This document shows, piece by piece, positions 61,601 through 64,000 of a DNA stretch of 64,000 nucleotides; position 1 is the stretch's first letter; each line of letters opens with the position of its first letter. This DNA comes from an uncultured Mycoplasmataceae bacterium (GTDB lineage Bacteria > Bacillota_I > Bacilli_A > Mycoplasmatales > Mycoplasmoidaceae): NCBI GenBank assembly GCA_947041945.1, contig CAMREV010000005.1:3501-67500 (forward strand), given 5' to 3'. A program made the translations under genes and the position numbers. Under the pieces are notes generated by a model. That model was not told where the DNA came from and did not search any database. It worked only from the letters and a program-made list of their open reading frames with translations.

Positions 61601-62671
61601 TCTAAGTGTATGAAATGAATCATCAAGTTTATTATGCAATTCAGCTGTTTTGTATTCTGTGTTTTCTAGAATGTTATCATTGCTATATAATAGTTCATTT
61701 CTTAATGTATTAAATGAATCATCAAGTTTATTGTGTAATTCAGCTGTTTTGTATTCTGTGTTTTCTAGAATGTTATCATTGCTATATAATAATTCATTTC
61801 TTAATGTATTAAGTGAATCATCTTGTCTCATAGAATTTTCTTCAACTCTATCTAAGATACTATAATCCATTGATATTAAGTCTTGATTTGTATTATCAAT
61901 TTTATTTTCTAAATTACTTATTTTATTATGAACAGCAGAACTTAAGAAATTTGTAGTATTGATTGTATTGTTTTTTAAACCCTCTTCAATTGTTTGAATG
62001 TAGTTAAATAAATTTTGAGTATTTTCATCATTAACTTTTGTTAGCTCATTATATAGATATTCGGTATTGTTACCACCTGAACTCATGTTTATAGCTTCAT
62101 ATAATGAATTTTGACTTGCATAAATTTCTTCTCTTAGAGAACTTAAAGAATCAAAGAAGTTATAGCTTAAATCCCTTTGTTCATTAATACAGTTTGATAT
62201 GTTGTTTTCTAAATAGTTAAGAGCACTATATAATTGCTCAGAATTTTTATTATTAGTATCAATAATTGTACCTATTTGATAGCTATCAACATTATTATTA
62301 GCAATACTGTCAATTGTGCTCTTATTTACACTAATTTCACTTTTTAAACTTGAAATTTGATTTAAAATGTTATTTAATTGAGAATTCAATAAAGCATTAT
62401 CTTGTTGGATAACTGGCTGAGCTACTGTTGCAGGTATATATGTTGGTTGCGAAGGCAAAGAACTTCAAGAAGAACTTGAAGCATTTCCAGAGTGAAAGAT
62501 GTTATTTCTTATATCCATTAGTTGGTTAGAAATTTTACCTTCTACATCTGTAATAAGATCATAAAGTTGCTGATTTCCACTATTACTTACTTCTGTGATT
62601 TTATTAAAAATTAAATCAAGTTCGTCTGAAAAAGTGGAGTAATTACTATTATTTTGTCTTTTCTTAGCCAC
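52667..62671 (-). CDS. Giant modular coiled-coil protein (~3,334 aa), hypothetical; candidate cytoskeletal or scaffold protein
   Basis: Eleven ORF-track pieces (62465..62671 down to 53420..53890) all have start coordinates congruent mod 3. Each junction (62465, 60458, 60200, 59417, 58841, 56366, 55691, 55082, 54467, 53927, 53420) is a single TGA. I checked the gaps by hand and found no in-frame TAA/TAG until TAA 52667..52669. An upstream in-frame TAA lies at 62684. It has a GTG start with an AAAGGG SD and no signal peptide or TM segment. Confidence 0.8.
54955..56365 (-). repeat. Near-identical coding module repeats (period 609-675 bp) inside the giant gene
   Basis: A block encoding ..KKLTSLEE(I/L)L.SQSEELR.LSRSSEEVWN.S.DRIQELFESEK.. 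occurs at ~54955..55081, ~55555..55690 and ~56230..56365. A block encoding ..EINKLKEEVN.FV..VNNNLFEINE.INLLPEE.PKFKPLVEKVEQLR.DNDTSMYEIKKIYDSW occurs at 55082..55327 and 55691..55936. Confidence 0.85.
56865..58140 (-). repeat. 597-bp (199-codon) in-frame tandem duplication inside the giant gene
   Basis: The marker caatttcttc ttttat recurs at 56881, 57478 and 58075. The protein shows two near-identical 199-aa units (..KGFKDEIEA.KEKL.EKLVALTS..DKKIADQESVIDSKIV.SEEKIDDKLMQMNYDLIEQISSIHYENISTLEKISDVEIAFANKI..) plus a partial third. Confidence 0.9.
61421..61816 (-). repeat. 4 x 99-bp (33-codon) in-frame tandem repeat inside the giant gene
   Basis: The unit start atcatcaag recurs at 61421, 61520, 61619 and 61718 (partial at 61817). 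It encodes DDS(L/F)(N/H)TLR(N/D)ELLYSNDNILENTEYKT(A/T)ELHN(K/R)L four times. Confidence 0.9.
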
Positions 62672-62747
62672 TAATAACCCTTTTTATCACTAAATTTTTT
62701 ATCTAAAATTTACACTATATACACTAATAATAATATATTTTTTGCAT

Positions 62748-62775
62748 ATTTTAGCATAAAAATAATTTAATTCAA
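62748..62775 (-). promoter_or_regulatory. Candidate promoter of the giant gene
   Basis: On the minus strand: TTGAAT (62775..62770), a 16-nt spacer ending in TGc, then TAAAAT (62753..62748, extended -10). It lies ~75 nt upstream of the GTG start, just downstream of the rplQ terminator. Confidence 0.4.
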
Positions 62776-62776
62776 T

Positions 62777-62808
62777 AAAAAAAAGCAATTTATTAATTGC
62801 TTTTTTTT
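62777..62808. terminator. Hairpin terminator after rplQ (symmetric, A-run/T-run on both sides)
   Basis: aaaaaaaagcaatt-tatt-aattgctttttttt. It overlaps the rplQ stop codon. Confidence 0.65.
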
Positions 62809-63166
62809 AAACTAATGAAATGATAGCTTTTTCTGTATTGTCACCTTGTCTTTTACCAAGTTTTAATACTCTAGTGTATCCACCATTTCTATCTTTGTAT
62901 TTTTTTCCTAAATCATTAAATAGTTTTTTTAATAATTCGTCGCTAGAAAGATTTTTAGTATCTAATAATATTGCAGCAGCTTGTCTTCTAGATGCAAGAG
63001 TATTTTTTTTAGCTAAAGTAATTATTCTATCTACATGTTTTCTAGTTTCTTTAGCCTTAGTTAAAGTAGTAATTATTTCACCATATGCTATTACATCAGA
63101 AACTTGCTGTCTAATTACCATTTGTCTTCAAGCGGTAGTTTTACCTTTTTTATTTATATAAGACAT
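62807..63166 (-). CDS. rplQ: 50S ribosomal protein L17
   Basis: ORF 62807..63121 extends through TGA to ATG 63166 (MSYINKKGKTTAWRQMVIRQQV..). Confidence 0.95.
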
Positions 63167-63172
63167 GTCTAA

Positions 63173-64000
63173 TTACCTTTCGTCTTTAAATGTTAAATTT
63201 CTATCTTCTATTTTCTTAACAATTTCTTTTAAAGATTTTTTACCAAGATTTCTAATTTTCTCAATTTCAAGTCTAGTCATGTTAGTGATTTGATGAATTG
63301 TTTGAATACCAGCTCTTTTTAAACAGTTGAAAGATCTAACAGATAGATCTAACTCTTCAATTGGAATTGATAAGAAATTATTGCTAGTTTGTTCAGAATC
63401 ATCTCTCATTGTATTGAATTCAGATATTTTTTTATTGATCTCAACTAATGGAGAATAATGATCTATTAATATTTTACTTGCTAATGCTACTGCATCAGAA
63501 GGTGAAATAGATCCATTTGTAACTACTTCAAGAGTTAATGCATCATTAGTATCACTTTTAGAAGTTTTAATTTCTTCTATTGAATAGCTAGTTCTAATTA
63601 TTGGAGAAAAGTTTGAATCAACAGCAATTATACCAATTGAATTAATTAGTTCTTTATTTTCTTGAAAAGATTTAAAACCTCTACCAACAGTTGCATATAA
63701 ATCCATGCCAAATTTTGTTCCTTCTGTAACAGAACAAATATATAAGTCTGGATTTAAAATTTTAAATTCAGCCGGACAAATTATATCTTTAGCAGTAACA
63801 ATACCACCTGTAGATTTTATTTGCATTACTGGTCATTTTTCAATTTTAGTATCTTCTAATGAATCCATAGATGAAACATCTTCTTGGAATTTAATAACTA
63901 ATTTTTTTAAATTTAAAGTTAAATCAGTAACATCTTCTTTTACACCTTTAATAGCTTGGAATTCATGAGGAGCATTTGGAATTTTAATTGCAAAAAGACT
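63173..64000 (-). CDS. rpoA: DNA-directed RNA polymerase alpha subunit; 5' end beyond the window
   Basis: ORF 63173..63826 has an alpha-CTD (..LDLSVRSFNCLKRAGIQTI..). The frame continues upstream through TGA to the window edge. Confidence 0.95.

Noticed and set aside
61421-61816. Regularly spaced 99-bp repeats that might look like a CRISPR-like array.
   Set aside because: The units are directly adjacent with no unique spacers. They are in frame, encode a 33-aa protein repeat, and lie inside a long ORF. No cas genes are present.
52156-62671. Reading the locus as a cluster of about 12 paralogous small genes, as the standard-code ORF track suggests.
   Set aside because: All pieces from 53420 to 62671 are in one frame, separated by single TGA codons with coding-like sequence straight through the gaps. 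No gap has an SD or promoter. The pieces 52156..52626, 51895..52080 and 51412..51678 form a second frame, which is the partner gene.

Overview
This is a very AT-rich, Mollicutes-type (Mycoplasma-like) chromosome segment that only reads sensibly under translation table 4 (UGA = Trp). The supplied standard-code ORF track is broken at in-frame TGA codons. Joining same-frame pieces restores full-length housekeeping genes, and I checked the junction codons by hand for most genes. Nearly everything in 1-39.7 kb and 42.6-64 kb lies on the minus strand in tightly packed, often overlapping operons. These include tlyA, ruvBA, an EzrA-like protein, an atypical PhoB/OmpR-like regulator followed by pstS-pstCA-pstB-phoU, metG, rarA, rsmI, rnmV and prs. 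They continue with a reduced dcw cluster (rsmH, ftsA-like, ftsZ), aspS, hisS, pyrG, lon, tig, tsaD, potABCD, dnaG, glyQS and rplJL. A short plus-strand island follows (9 tRNAs, plsX, rnc), then one minus-strand 16S-23S-5S operon with clear processing stems, then mtaB, rsmE, nusB, efp, rplQ and rpoA. I saw no transposase, integrase, CRISPR array or prophage signal. The stand-out is 51.4-62.8 kb. What the ORF track shows as about 12 unrelated small ORFs is a single ~10 kb reading frame interrupted only by UGA codons. It encodes a ~3,334-aa modular coiled-coil protein and is followed by a 404-aa paralogous partner. The pair has its own promoter and terminator. The giant gene carries three families of long in-frame tandem repeats and a recurring W-x-x-N-N-x-K-L module-boundary motif whose Trp is UGA-encoded. 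Secondary items are the kinase-less degenerate response regulator upstream of pst with a direct-repeat candidate operator, a sigma-region-4-like small protein heading a three-gene operon of unknowns, and an FtsZ with long terminal extensions. All functional calls rest on motif recognition by eye; no database search was possible.
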